Shown here in pieces: positions 1 through 9,707 of a stretch of DNA of 56,658 nt (position 1 is its first letter; each line of letters opens with the position of its first letter). The stretch lies in IMG/VR virus record IMGVR_UViG_3300045988_084830, positions 1 through 56,658 of that record; one strand, written 5' to 3'. Below the pieces are notes generated by a model, which ran no database searches, was not told the DNA's origin, and saw only the letters and a list, made by a program, of their open reading frames with translations. The position numbers were made by a program, and so were the translations under genes. The stretch is from a virus.

Positions 1-119
1 CTTTTTTTTGGAGAACAGTTTCGCCTATAAAATTCTTCATAGCATCGCTAAACAGATTTTTGTAATCATTGTTAAGCCAATTTCGGATTTCAGATGCTCC
101 ATCATCGTATCTAGGAACA
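1..119. repeat. Terminal direct repeat, left copy (circular-closure overlap)
   Basis: Base-for-base identical to 56540..56658. A minus-strand ORF reads continuously across the junction. Confidence 0.95.
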
Positions 120-2515
120 ACAAACCCTTCCTGTGGTGTACTTGTACCTTCTCCGTAGTGGTAATTGTTCCAAAAATCATTATATCTGCCCCAATAATAA
201 ACCCAACGATTCTCACCGGAAATGGGGTCGTACAGCCAATATTTTTGATTTGGATTGCTACCAACATTGTTAAAGCGCATCTTGCGATAGCCATATCTAC
301 GGACGAACAATGTTCGGCCAGTGCCGTTATGGTCAGAAAGATAATTATGCTGCGCAAGGATGAAATCGACCGCAGCGCCGTTCTCCACGATTTTAACAAT
401 CGTTCCATCAGGAATGTTAGAAAGCTTAGAGGACTGGGTGGAAACATTCATGCTCGCGGATTCGCCAAAAGCACTTACAATAATAGAAGCGCTTCCCTTA
501 GAGTTCCACCAGATACGGCAAACAGAAATCCCGTTTTGATTGCTAAGGACTTGCAAGCGAACCGTTTCGTTGCTGGCAGCCCAGATGATTTCAGGTGCGC
601 TAGGAACAGAAGGATGGAATGTTGCCGTAACGTCAGTATAATTGCCCCAAGAGATATCAGCGGAAGCGTAGCTAAGCGTGATATAGGGGGATTCAGCTGT
701 CACTTGACAAGATGCAGAAGAATTTCCAACACTTGCAGTTATGGTCGCTTCTCCTTTATGTGAATAAGAGACACGACAAGTAGACACGCCATCAATATTT
801 GTTAAAACATCCAAGTGAACTATATTAACCGGAGAAGCGCTCCAACCAATCGAAGGAGAATCAATAGAAGCAGGGGACAACCTCGCGGTCAGAACGCGAG
901 ATTCTGCATACTGAAGAGAAAAAGAACTCTGGTCAAGAAGAATGGATGCAATGTCCGCCAAAATATACCCTTCCAGCGTACCTCTAAAACAGCCGCTGTA
1001 CGTATACTTTGCATTGGTGACAAAAAGCTCTGAGGCGTAGCCGAAATTGTGGTTCAGCTTCACATGGTCAAGTGCATCAACGTGAGGGCTGGCACGATAT
1101 TCTAAGCTTGCCTTTTTTCTGGTAGACAAAATAGAATACGCTTCTGTCATGGCGTTTTTGCCGATTTCCAAGATAGAATCGTTCAGCAAAGCGTTACTGA
1201 CAGATTGTGTAACTCCGTCAATGCTAGAATTCAAAGGGTAAAGATGAGTCGTGTTGTTCACGCTGCAAGATACGTTTTTCAAACGGGAAGAGAATGTAAT
1301 TTCCGGCCACTGATAGTTGTTCATTGGGTCTATTTCGTAAACTTCTGAAGACGAATCCGAAAAAAACGCAGGACGTTCAATCCGAATTTCTCCACCGCGC
1401 GTTTGGTAAAGAGCCATGCCGGCAGCGTTTGCAGCCATCTGCAAAATATCCGAGTTCTTGTAAGAGGAGTTGCTTTCATTGCTGATATCAACAGGATAGT
1501 TTTTCAGCTCGTTTGGAATAGAATACGATACGGTGTTTTCCGGAAGCTGTGAAAGCGCATCTACACACATATCATACAAATTCCCGCTTTTTCTGCCCGT
1601 ATAAGTGGAGTTCATCAAGAGCCCAAGCGCATCACGCGCTACGAAAGATGCTTCAAGGCCATTTGATGGAACGTTCCATTCGGACATAAAGAACTGTCCG
1701 CCGTTAATCCATTCCGTCTTTCCGTCAATATCCATGCCGTAGCTTACGGTAACAAGCTGGCGTTCGTAGATATAGCGGTACATTCCTTGTGGGTTCAATG
1801 GGTCCCAAATCTGTTGACTGTTATCAACAGAGAAGGAGACGCTGTCTTTGGAAAGCTGTCCAGAAAGTGGGTCTCTACTTGATTCGTGCGTGAAGGAGAG
1901 CAAATTTCCTTTTCGGTAAATAAGTCTGAATCCAACAATAAACTGTTCAATTCTCGCCCTTCGGTTTGGAAGGCACCAAGAAAGCACCTCAAGTGAAATC
2001 GAGTTGTAACCAGATATCTCCCAGTCAACCTCTGAACGAACATCTACGTTGTCAGAAACAGTTATGGTGCTTACTTGGGTTCCATCAGAATACGCCGTGA
2101 GCTTGAAGCTTTTAGCGTATTCATTCAACGTGCTAGACCACAAAATCGTAACGCCAGGAATCCGTCTGGTGTGATGCTTTCCAAACGTGAAAACGATTTT
2201 GGGGTGGTAAGAGTCCGTTACAATGTTTTTACTTGCGTAGCCGACATCCACTTGGGAACCAGAGCCAGGAAAGAGAGAAAACGTTCCATCAAGAAGATGT
2301 TGGTTCGTCTCTCCGGTTGCATACTTCTTCAGTTCACGTTCGCTATTATCCTCTACAATTTCAGAAACGTTGCTGAACAAAGACTGGCTATCCGCGCTAG
2401 CAGAAACATCCTTTTGAACTCCGGGTTCCGAGCTGTCATATGAAATCTTGACAAATGTTTCAGGAACAAGGGTCTCCTTGAACTTGTCAAGCCATTTTTG
2501 CGAAGGGTGTTCCAT
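1..2515 (-). CDS. Large tail-tip/host-recognition protein, N-terminal part (gene wraps the junction; 959 aa in total with 56175..56539)
   Basis: Manual translation from the ATG at 2515 (GGAGG upstream) is stop-free to base 1. It ends ...AMKNFIGETVLQKK, which matches the start of tracked ORF 56175..56579. It is missing from the ORF track only because no stop lies in the window. It follows the TMP and Dit-like genes. Confidence 0.8.
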   Translation of the reverse strand, partial: MEHPSQKWLDKFKETLVPETFVKISYDSSEPGVQKDVSASADSQSLFSNVSEIVEDNSERELKKYATGETNQHLLDGTFSLFPGSGSQVDVGYASKNIVTDSYHPKIVFTFGKHHTRRIPGVTILWSSTLNEYAKSFKLTAYSDGTQVSTITVSDNVDVRSEVDWEISGYNSISLEVLSWCLPNRRARIEQFIVGFRLIYRKGNLLSFTHESSRDPLSGQLSKDSVSFSVDNSQQIWDPLNPQGMYRYIYERQLVTVSYGMDIDGKTEWINGGQFFMSEWNVPSNGLEASFVARDALGLLMNSTYTGRKSGNLYDMCVDALSQLPENTVSYSIPNELKNYPVDISNESNSSYKNSDILQMAANAAGMALYQTRGGEIRIERPAFFSDSSSEVYEIDPMNNYQWPEITFSSRLKNVSCSVNNTTHLYPLNSSIDGVTQSVSNALLNDSILEIGKNAMTEAYSILSTRKKASLEYRASPHVDALDHVKLNHNFGYASELFVTNAKYTYSGCFRGTLEGYILADIASILLDQSSFSLQYAESRVLTARLSPASIDSPSIGWSASPVNIVHLDVLTNIDGVSTCRVSYSHKGEATITASVGNSSASCQVTAESPYITLSYASADISWGNYTDVTATFHPSVPSAPEIIWAASNETVRLQVLSNQNGISVCRIWWNSKGSASIIVSAFGESASMNVSTQSSKLSNIPDGTIVKIVENGAAVDFILAQHNYLSDHNGTGRTLFVRRYGYRKMRFNNVGSNPNQKYWLYDPISGENRWVYYWGRYNDFWNNYHYGEGTSTPQEGFVVPRYDDGASEIRNWLNNDYKNLFSDAMKNFIGETVLQKK

Positions 2516-2518
2516 TCC

Positions 2519-2896
2519 TCAAACCTCCACAAGTGACAGCTTGCACCCAGTCCAGCCCATTACATTCCCGCTATTGGGGTTTCGCCGCCACATACCAGAC
2601 GTGCGGTCAGATACATACATCTGCCGCGTTTCATAAGCATTGGTTGCTTGGTTCAAGAACCGAACCGAGCAATAAAAGTTTCTTGTGAACAAACTAAGGA
2701 CGGTTGCCCACTGGGCTGCGGTCAGGTAGTTCCACGACAACGATACTTTTGCAACATCGTGTCGTACGACGGCCCCGACCACTTTTCCTTGAGTATTTCG
2801 TCCAGAATCCACAATGGTGCTTGTGGTAGCTTCATAAGAGGACGGTTCAGGCAATGCCGTGCCGTTCACTGTGACCAGTGCTGGAATATTCGCCAT
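2519..2896 (-). CDS. Distal tail protein (Dit)-like small tail component
   Basis: 125-aa ORF placed between the tape measure and the large tail protein. The call rests on synteny. Confidence 0.55.
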   Translation of the reverse strand: MANIPALVTVNGTALPEPSSYEATTSTIVDSGRNTQGKVVGAVVRHDVAKVSLSWNYLTAAQWATVLSLFTRNFYCSVRFLNQATNAYETRQMYVSDRTSGMWRRNPNSGNVMGWTGCKLSLVEV

Positions 2897-2911
2897 AGAA
2901 CCGTAGCCTCC

Positions 2912-5900
2912 TTAATAGCTGTATGCTTCTGTTCCCATCAGGGACATTCCGCGATCACTCTGACGTTTTTCGACCGCAGAAGTGATTTCCTTTCCGTCGA
3001 GATAAACCCGAACGGTGAAGTTTCCGTTGTCCGTATCGCCGAATCCAGATTCCTGCATAGCGGCGATAAAACCTTCTTTTACAGAATCTCGAAGCTCAGA
3101 AGGGGTAAGCTCTGCGGAACGGCTGTAGCTAGAAGTGTAAGAACCAGAACTATTTGCTTCCGAATACTGGCTCGTTCCAGGAACGTCGGAATAATCCACA
3201 TTTCCAGAAGCGATAGAATCAACAGCTGGGCTGCTTTCACGACTTGCTGCAATCTTATCTGCGTATTCAAACAGCGGGTTTTTCACGTATTCGATTTGTC
3301 CGCCCCAGAGCTGAGCGACAAGGTTGTATGCGCCAATCATAACATTAACGCCATTAACGAATCCCTGAATAAACAGACCAAGCAAACGAACAATTCCTTC
3401 AAAAATATAGGACATGAAATTCTTCAAGCCGCCCCACACGGAAGAAATACCGCCTGCAACATCGCTATTCGTTCCGGCTAGATTGAACAAAGCACCAGCC
3501 AGCATCCCAATCAGAGAGATAACGAACAGGATAGGGTTTGCATTCATTGCAACATTTAATCCAGTCTGTGCCGTCGTAGCCGCAACGGTCGAAGGAACCA
3601 GTTGACCGATAAAACTAGAAGCCATACCGGCAATGTTGTTCCAAACGCCACTCAGGTTGCTTGTCAGCCAAGTAAGGCTGTTTTCTGCAATAGACTTGAT
3701 TTGTGCGCGCTGTTCATCATCCATTGCATGATAGAAATAGGAAGCGGCCCATGTGCCGAGAGACTGCAAATCTCCGTTTTGAATTGCATTGCCAAGCGTT
3801 TGGATGCTACCTAGAAAATCGTTCTGCAAGCCGGAATCAATCTGCTGCCACTGGGTATCCAGACCGTTCAAGAACCCGGCAACATAGTTGGTAGCCTGAG
3901 TAGAGCCAGCGTTAATCAGCTCGTTGCCTTTCTCCTGCACAGCGGCTACAACGCCCTGCATAGCAGTGGAGACGTAGGGAACGGCTGCAGTGATACCGTT
4001 TGCAAGGCCTTGGTCGATGTAGATACCGAACTGTTCAAAGACTTTAGAAGGAGAGTGGATGCCAGTATCTGTCGTGAACTTATCTAGAATAGCCTTTGCA
4101 AGTCCACCAACAGTTTTCTTTGCATTCTCAATTCCTTTGTTGATACCATCAATCAAGCCCTGAACGATGTTTTTGCCATAGTCCAAAAATTTTGCAGGGA
4201 GATTTTTAATTGTATCAACCAAACTGTTCCAAGCCTTGTCCCAGTTTTCTTTGAATCCGGCCCACTTCTGGTTCCACCACTCGCCAACGCCAACAAACCA
4301 CTGCTTTAAGCCTGCACTCGCTTGGTCAAGCGCCTGAATTGGATGCTGAACAAACCCGGGCAAGCTTTCCCATGCAGTCTGAAAATTAGTGCTGAATCCT
4401 TGCCACTTTTCATTCCACCACTCGCCAACGCCGACAAACCAGTTTTTTAAGCTCTCGCTTGCCTTGTCGAGAGATTCTGTAATTTTGTCCCAGTTTTGAT
4501 AAATCGCAATACCGACATCGGTCAGACCGCCAACAATTAAACCAATCAGCGTACCGATGCCTGTACCAATCGGGCCACCAAGAGAACCGATAATTGCACC
4601 AATGCCTGCGCCAGCCATTGTCGAGCCAAGCGGAATCAAAATTCCGTTTAACGTGTTTAAGCCATTCTTGACAGCATCGTAAACGCCCGTTACAAACATA
4701 GGTATGCCGGTTACTACTCCGCCAACTGCTGCTCCAATAATCGCGCCAGCAGTAGAGCCACCAGCCGCTTTAATGGCCGCTCCAACAGCAGTATTGCCAA
4801 AGCCGGTCACGATAAACTGAGCAATTCCTTTACCGAGAATGGCTGCGCCTGTAGTTCCAATCAAAGCACCAAGAACAATTTCGGCGAAATTTTTCCCATT
4901 TACGCCATTTTCAATCGCGTCTTTAATGCCTGTAATTTCAAGAACGACACCTACTGTAAAAACGCCAAGACCCAAAACAATGGATTTCAATGCGTTCATT
5001 TTGGAAATAGCATCCACAATATCCGTAATAAGATTTGTGAGCTTCCAAGCAGCAAGGGCGGTTGCTACAGTCGCTATAAGAGGAAGCATAGCCTTGATTT
5101 TCTGCTTGATAGCATCAATCTGCTTTGCAAACTCTTCGTTGTACTGCTTGAACATATCGTAGCCGGACAGGTCTACATCGCCCAAGATGTTGCCGGCAGA
5201 TGCACCGCCGCCAGAGCCGGAGCTTCCTTGTGTTGGGTCAATGATGTTCAGTTCATCAAAACCCATCGTGTAGTCCTTGAGAGCTTTGGCGGCTTTCTTT
5301 GTCGAATCGGTTGTGTCATCCATTGCGTCACCGATGCCGCCAACGCTGCCAGCACTCTTAGTGAAATCGGTGAACACGACCTTCACGCCCATCAGCTTTG
5401 CCACCCACTGAACGAACTCCCGAATGAGCTGAACGGCGGCAATCAGCGGGGGAAGAATAGATTTCATGGCAGGGTAGAGCAAAGAGCCAACAGACTTCGC
5501 CAGCATATCCAATTGCGCTTTCAGAATCTTAATCTGGTTCGCAGGGCTCTGGATGGTCTGTGCAAGGTTGCCCTGCACGTTGGCAGTCTGCTTCATAATG
5601 GCAATGTAACGCAAAACTGCCTTATCCGCCTGAGACAGACTAGATACCTGTTTGTTAAAGCCCAAAGCAAGAAGCTCTTGCTGTAACCGCGCCTGAGACA
5701 GGTCGATGCCCAAACGGCGAATAGGCTCAATCTCACCAGAGATTGCGGAGGACATTGCAGTAAAGGTCTCTGCAACGTCCTTGTTCCAATAGGAGCCTTC
5801 GTCATAGGCAAGCTGAGTCAGGTTCTTGGATAAGATATACGCTTTATCGCTGGCCAGACCAAACGAAGTACCCAAGCTCTGGATGGTAGCCATGTAGGTC

Positions 5901-6772
5901 ATCGCTTTGGTCGGGTCAACGCCAAGCAAACCCTGCATCTTGCCAATGAGCGTATCAGCTTCACCGCTCAAATTGCCCATAGCATTATGGAACAGGTCTG
6001 TTGCTTCGTAGAAATCATTAAACTTCGCAACAGCGTTGCCAAGATACTCAGCGATAGCTTTCAACGAAACCAGCTTTGCCATGTTCCGTATAAAGCCGTT
6101 CATCTGATTGGACAGGCTGAGATAGCTCTTGCACTGCTTTTCGTTGGCAGCAGTCACACGGTTTGCCTGTGTGACCACCTTGCTCAACTGCGGCGGGAGC
6201 TTCGCAAAAGCGTTGCCCACCTTGTCAAGCTGAGATACAAGGGGAGTAAGGGCAGTAGAAATCTTCTGACAAGAGCTTGCAAAAGAATCAAGGTCAGTCG
6301 CTTTCAGCTTGTCGGTCAGGTCGGGAACCTTCCCGATCGCATTGAAAGCACTGCCAAGAGCTTTAAGGTTCGATGCGTCCAGAATGGACAGTGGAGCCAA
6401 AGCGTTAGTGAGCTGAGTAATGCTTCCAGACATGGAGTAAAAGTCCACGCCGTTCAAGCCCGACACAGCCGCGGGGATCTTCTTGATGGCGCTCACGACC
6501 GTGTTGATGCTCTTTGCGCTTGCGGTCGGGTTGACGTTGGAAAGTCCATTTAGAAAGCTGGTGATTTTGTCCAGCCCGGACATTCCAGCGGATGCCTGTT
6601 TCAGCGTTGCAATGGAACCGGCCAGCTTGTCGAGGCTGTTCACAACCTTTGTGACGCTGCCTTTCGTCCGCAAATTAGAAATGGCGGTAGTGAGCTTGTC
6701 GATATTAAGCTCTGCGCCCTGCGATTCCGCAGAAATCTCTACGGATAAGCTCGTAATATCAACATCAGCCAT
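2912..6772 (-). CDS. Tail tape measure protein
   Basis: 1286 aa, with coiled-coil-like regions, Gly/Ala-rich TM-like segments and WWN.KW repeats. The ATG overlaps the upstream stop (ATGGCTGA). Canonical position. Confidence 0.9.
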   Translation of the reverse strand: MADVDITSLSVEISAESQGAELNIDKLTTAISNLRTKGSVTKVVNSLDKLAGSIATLKQASAGMSGLDKITSFLNGLSNVNPTASAKSINTVVSAIKKIPAAVSGLNGVDFYSMSGSITQLTNALAPLSILDASNLKALGSAFNAIGKVPDLTDKLKATDLDSFASSCQKISTALTPLVSQLDKVGNAFAKLPPQLSKVVTQANRVTAANEKQCKSYLSLSNQMNGFIRNMAKLVSLKAIAEYLGNAVAKFNDFYEATDLFHNAMGNLSGEADTLIGKMQGLLGVDPTKAMTYMATIQSLGTSFGLASDKAYILSKNLTQLAYDEGSYWNKDVAETFTAMSSAISGEIEPIRRLGIDLSQARLQQELLALGFNKQVSSLSQADKAVLRYIAIMKQTANVQGNLAQTIQSPANQIKILKAQLDMLAKSVGSLLYPAMKSILPPLIAAVQLIREFVQWVAKLMGVKVVFTDFTKSAGSVGGIGDAMDDTTDSTKKAAKALKDYTMGFDELNIIDPTQGSSGSGGGASAGNILGDVDLSGYDMFKQYNEEFAKQIDAIKQKIKAMLPLIATVATALAAWKLTNLITDIVDAISKMNALKSIVLGLGVFTVGVVLEITGIKDAIENGVNGKNFAEIVLGALIGTTGAAILGKGIAQFIVTGFGNTAVGAAIKAAGGSTAGAIIGAAVGGVVTGIPMFVTGVYDAVKNGLNTLNGILIPLGSTMAGAGIGAIIGSLGGPIGTGIGTLIGLIVGGLTDVGIAIYQNWDKITESLDKASESLKNWFVGVGEWWNEKWQGFSTNFQTAWESLPGFVQHPIQALDQASAGLKQWFVGVGEWWNQKWAGFKENWDKAWNSLVDTIKNLPAKFLDYGKNIVQGLIDGINKGIENAKKTVGGLAKAILDKFTTDTGIHSPSKVFEQFGIYIDQGLANGITAAVPYVSTAMQGVVAAVQEKGNELINAGSTQATNYVAGFLNGLDTQWQQIDSGLQNDFLGSIQTLGNAIQNGDLQSLGTWAASYFYHAMDDEQRAQIKSIAENSLTWLTSNLSGVWNNIAGMASSFIGQLVPSTVAATTAQTGLNVAMNANPILFVISLIGMLAGALFNLAGTNSDVAGGISSVWGGLKNFMSYIFEGIVRLLGLFIQGFVNGVNVMIGAYNLVAQLWGGQIEYVKNPLFEYADKIAASRESSPAVDSIASGNVDYSDVPGTSQYSEANSSGSYTSSYSRSAELTPSELRDSVKEGFIAAMQESGFGDTDNGNFTVRVYLDGKEITSAVEKRQSDRGMSLMGTEAYSY

Positions 6773-7187
6773 CACTACCACCATCACTTTCCATCATAGA
6801 GAACATCATTCTCTTGATTCGCTCCTGCGCCTCAACTGCGCGTTGGTATTCATACTCGTCTTTCTCCTTTTGAGTAAGCGGAATCGGTCTATCCATGTAC
6901 TTGATGGGGCTAGACCCTTTCTTTCGGAACATATTGCCAACCGTAGAGGAAAGCGCAGATGCCATGTAAAAGCCATTTCTCCACGCTTCTGCATTGGCTC
7001 TGCGTTCCCGCAGCTCCTCTGCGTCACGGTAAACCTTCGCCAGCCAGACATCACCGTGCCAGAACTGCTCGTAGGTCATACCAATGGAGATGTAATAGGC
7101 TTCTACATCATGGAACAGTTTGGAGAAAGAAAACGGCTCCCCCTCTCCGTCTGATTCCTGAGATTGTGCGGTTACACAATCTCCCAC
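6765..7187 (-). CDS. Tail assembly chaperone, frameshift extension (gpT-like part of G-T)
   Basis: The ORF lies in the -1 frame relative to 7172..7519 and is reached through the A_AAA_AAC site. The post-slip reading KKRNVGDCVTAQSQE matches the ORF start. Confidence 0.7.
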   Translation of the reverse strand: MGDCVTAQSQESDGEGEPFSFSKLFHDVEAYYISIGMTYEQFWHGDVWLAKVYRDAEELRERRANAEAWRNGFYMASALSSTVGNMFRKKGSSPIKYMDRPIPLTQKEKDEYEYQRAVEAQERIKRMMFSMMESDGGSDG

Positions 7188-7519
7188 GTTGCGTTTTTTG
7201 CGGTCTTGTCCTCAGTGTCAGTTGCCAGCAGGGACTTGGAAGCGTCCATGAACATCTCAAGCAGAACGCCCATCAGGTCTTCCTTCTCCTCGATGTGCTG
7301 GAACATCTCGTCAACAACCTTGCGCTTGATACCCTTGTTCCGGGCGATGAAAGCGCCGTAGAACAGGGCACGAGAGTTGGACAGCAGATTGGTCATCTGG
7401 GTGTACTGACCAATCTGAAAACCTGCGCGTTCGGTAGCTTCCACGCTGTCACGGGTGAAGGTCAGCTCATAAGTGTTCTTACCATCGGGGGAATGAAAGT
7501 TGATAACCTTAGCAGCCAT
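7172..7519 (-). CDS. Tail assembly chaperone (gpG-like)
   Basis: 115 aa, between the major tail protein and the tape measure, and overlaps the -1 frame ORF. Confidence 0.7.
   Translation of the reverse strand: MAAKVINFHSPDGKNTYELTFTRDSVEATERAGFQIGQYTQMTNLLSNSRALFYGAFIARNKGIKRKVVDEMFQHIEEKEDLMGVLLEMFMDASKSLLATDTEDKTAKNATWEIV
7193..7199 (-). promoter_or_regulatory. -1 programmed ribosomal frameshift slippery heptamer A_AAA_AAC
   Basis: Minus strand reads GCA AAA AAC, 6 codons before the gpG-like stop. The X_XXY_YYZ pattern lies in the zero frame. Confidence 0.6.
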
Positions 7520-7603
7520 AATAAATGCTCTCCTTTATAAATAGGAGCAGAACCAAATCCGTTGTTCAGTTCTGCCCGGTTTGATTGATTTGATTAAGAT
7601 GTA

Positions 7604-8041
7604 TTAGGAAACGTCAAGGGAAACCGTTTCAGCCCATTTGGGTTTGCTCAGGAAAATAATGTTGATGGGGAACTCCAACGGTTCATCAACGCCTGCGCCG
7701 GACATACCGCACTGGTGCATACCATCCCAAGTAAACCCAGAGCCATCAGAGAACTTCAGAGCATAATGATGCGTTGCATTGAGTTCGCCGTCCGAATCCT
7801 TGTAGCCACGCTCGGTAACGGCGGCGTAATCCGTCTTGTTGTAGAAGGCGGTAAAGGGCTTAAGATCAGACTGGTTGATGCCAAAAATCTGCTTCTGCAT
7901 GGGGTCAGAAAGGGTAGTGACGTCCAAAAGATTCGGGTCGGAAATCAGGTCAGGAAAATCCTTGATGTCGCACAGCTTGGTCATAGTGCCGGAAGTTCCT
8001 TCATAAAGAGTAATTCCGTAGCTGGAAATTCCAGTTGCCAT
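7604..8041 (-). CDS. Major tail protein
   Basis: 145 aa, with a strong SD, directly upstream of the chaperone pair. TP901-1/phi13-like size. Confidence 0.7.
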   Translation of the reverse strand: MATGISSYGITLYEGTSGTMTKLCDIKDFPDLISDPNLLDVTTLSDPMQKQIFGINQSDLKPFTAFYNKTDYAAVTERGYKDSDGELNATHHYALKFSDGSGFTWDGMHQCGMSGAGVDEPLEFPINIIFLSKPKWAETVSLDVS

Positions 8042-8056
8042 AGAATGTTTACCTCC

Positions 8057-8458
8057 TTAGTTTCGGTAAATCATTCCGTCCTCTCCGATTGTTGCCCCGT
8101 AGCTGCAATCAATCCGATAGACGGAATTGTTGTACAGCCCATTCAATGGGGCAAACGACTTGCGATAAAAATTGAGTGGTTCAAGAATGGAATCCACGAT
8201 TCCAACAATGGAACGTGCTTCTGCAATGCGTCCGCTGGTTTTGTTGGAATATACACGCACACGCAAGGAAACGGCAGCATACTTGCTTCGGCTGGCAGAA
8301 TCACGATGAACCGGGAGATTGTTGTTTTCCTCTATCTGCACACACGGAAATTTCTTGACGTTGCTGTCATTGATTTCACCAGTAACGAAGATACCGGGCA
8401 CTTGCTTTCGCAGTTCCTTAGCAACAGCCGTGAAAATAGAGTTGAAATAATCGATCAA
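8057..8458 (-). CDS. Tail terminator/tail completion protein
   Basis: 133 aa. Called by position in the head-tail joining block. Confidence 0.45.
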   Translation of the reverse strand: MIDYFNSIFTAVAKELRKQVPGIFVTGEINDSNVKKFPCVQIEENNNLPVHRDSASRSKYAAVSLRVRVYSNKTSGRIAEARSIVGIVDSILEPLNFYRKSFAPLNGLYNNSVYRIDCSYGATIGEDGMIYRN

Positions 8459-8976
8459 CTATTCCAAACCTCCCTCCACGTTGCTTCAACCTGAGAAGCC
8501 ATTTCCTCAACAGCTCCCCACATAGCCATAGCTGGCTCGTTGCCACTGGTGTAATTCAACTGGCCTTTGCCATCCACCTGTTTGACAGGCGTGCCAGCAT
8601 TGCCAGATTCGCCGTAGTAGTACCATCTGCGGTTTGCGCCTTGCCCTTTGCCGTAGGAGCCATGCGCACCAACACCGGGCGGCAACTCACCGCCATATCC
8701 GTTGTGATGTGCGCCAGTGCCAAACTCGATAAAGGCAACTGACTTGCCCTCTGCAACGATGGTACAAGTCTTGTCTTTTTGGTTGATATGGCATTTCACA
8801 TCATTGGAACCAGAGTATTCCGCATTAGCGAAACGCACCTTTGCAACTTCAAGCCCCAGCCAAGAAAGACGAAAAGCCAACGCTCTAGCTTTCTTGTTCA
8901 GGGTGGTCTTGTACTCCTGTATCTGACGTTCCGCATCACGAAGTCCGGCATCGCTCAACCTCACTTTAATTTTCAT
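8455..8976 (-). CDS. HK97 gp10-like head-tail joining protein
   Basis: The N-terminus MKIKV..L.DA....I resembles the HK97 gp10 family. Supported by synteny. Confidence 0.55.
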   Translation of the reverse strand: MKIKVRLSDAGLRDAERQIQEYKTTLNKKARALAFRLSWLGLEVAKVRFANAEYSGSNDVKCHINQKDKTCTIVAEGKSVAFIEFGTGAHHNGYGGELPPGVGAHGSYGKGQGANRRWYYYGESGNAGTPVKQVDGKGQLNYTSGNEPAMAMWGAVEEMASQVEATWREVWNS

Positions 8977-9343
8977 TTGTGGCCACCTCTTTCAGCGCAT
9001 ACAGCGTATCCGTGATATGCTCTGCGACTTTGACCACGATGTAATTGAAGGGCTTTGAAACGTCCGTCTGAAACCAGACGTGCGTGCCTTCATAAAGCGG
9101 TGTGTTGCGCTTTTTGCTGGACGAACTAACAACGTAGCTGTAATCCGTGAACGCTCCAAAAGGGTTTGCTTCCGCAGAACCAGTAGGCGGGCTGACGTTC
9201 AGCATCAGCTTTGCGGGTTCGCTCCACGATTCGTATGCGAATTCGCCGGTTTCGTTGCCCCACTCGTCCACGACAGGTGTTTTTTCGCCAACCGGGTTTG
9301 AATACCACAGCGGGCGCTTATCCAGCGGGCTTCCATTGAACAT
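8966..9343 (-). CDS. Head closure/head-tail adaptor protein
   Basis: 125 aa. Called by synteny. Confidence 0.45.
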   Translation of the reverse strand: MFNGSPLDKRPLWYSNPVGEKTPVVDEWGNETGEFAYESWSEPAKLMLNVSPPTGSAEANPFGAFTDYSYVVSSSSKKRNTPLYEGTHVWFQTDVSKPFNYIVVKVAEHITDTLYALKEVATNEN

Positions 9344-9687
9344 CAGCCGATAACACCTACTCTCGGAACCACTTCATTCAGCAGGGACTGTGCCACATCG
9401 GAACTTTCCCACACACGAGTAATGCCGTTGTTGGTGTAGCTTGTCTGCCCGTTTGCGCCGATGTGGTTGTACAGTTCCGCTGCAATGCGTATCTGCAACG
9501 ACTGATACTGCGAGGGCAGCTCGTCCGGTCTGTTGCCGAAGGGGTAGCCCTGCGCAAATATCTTGTCTTTGGCGAAATCAAGCAGCAGGTCGAAGAGTGG
9601 GTAGTCCTCGTCCGTGATTTCACGGTCAAGTGCGGGTGCAATGTACTGCCCCAGCTTGACTGCCGCTTCGGAATACTGGTCTCCCAT
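9343..9687 (-). CDS. gp6-like head-tail connector protein
   Basis: 114 aa, immediately after the capsid gene. Confidence 0.5.
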   Translation of the reverse strand: MGDQYSEAAVKLGQYIAPALDREITDEDYPLFDLLLDFAKDKIFAQGYPFGNRPDELPSQYQSLQIRIAAELYNHIGANGQTSYTNNGITRVWESSDVAQSLLNEVVPRVGVIG

Positions 9688-9707
9688 GCTGCTTTCCTCC
9701 TTTCGCC

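Noticed and set aside
8-763. 251-aa plus-strand ORF, and similar long antisense ORFs (2648..3481, 7715..8494, 9795..10886, 11757..13427, 16169..17347, 47905..48588, 52492..53241, 54487..55365).
   Set aside because: They lie antisense to well-supported structural, replication or cargo genes, lack SD sequences and have odd composition. They are shadow ORFs.
1-2515. The lack of any long tracked ORF in the first 2.5 kb suggested non-coding DNA or an alternative genetic code.
   Set aside because: Manual translation shows one stop-free standard-code ORF on the minus strand. It simply has no in-window stop because the gene wraps the circular junction.
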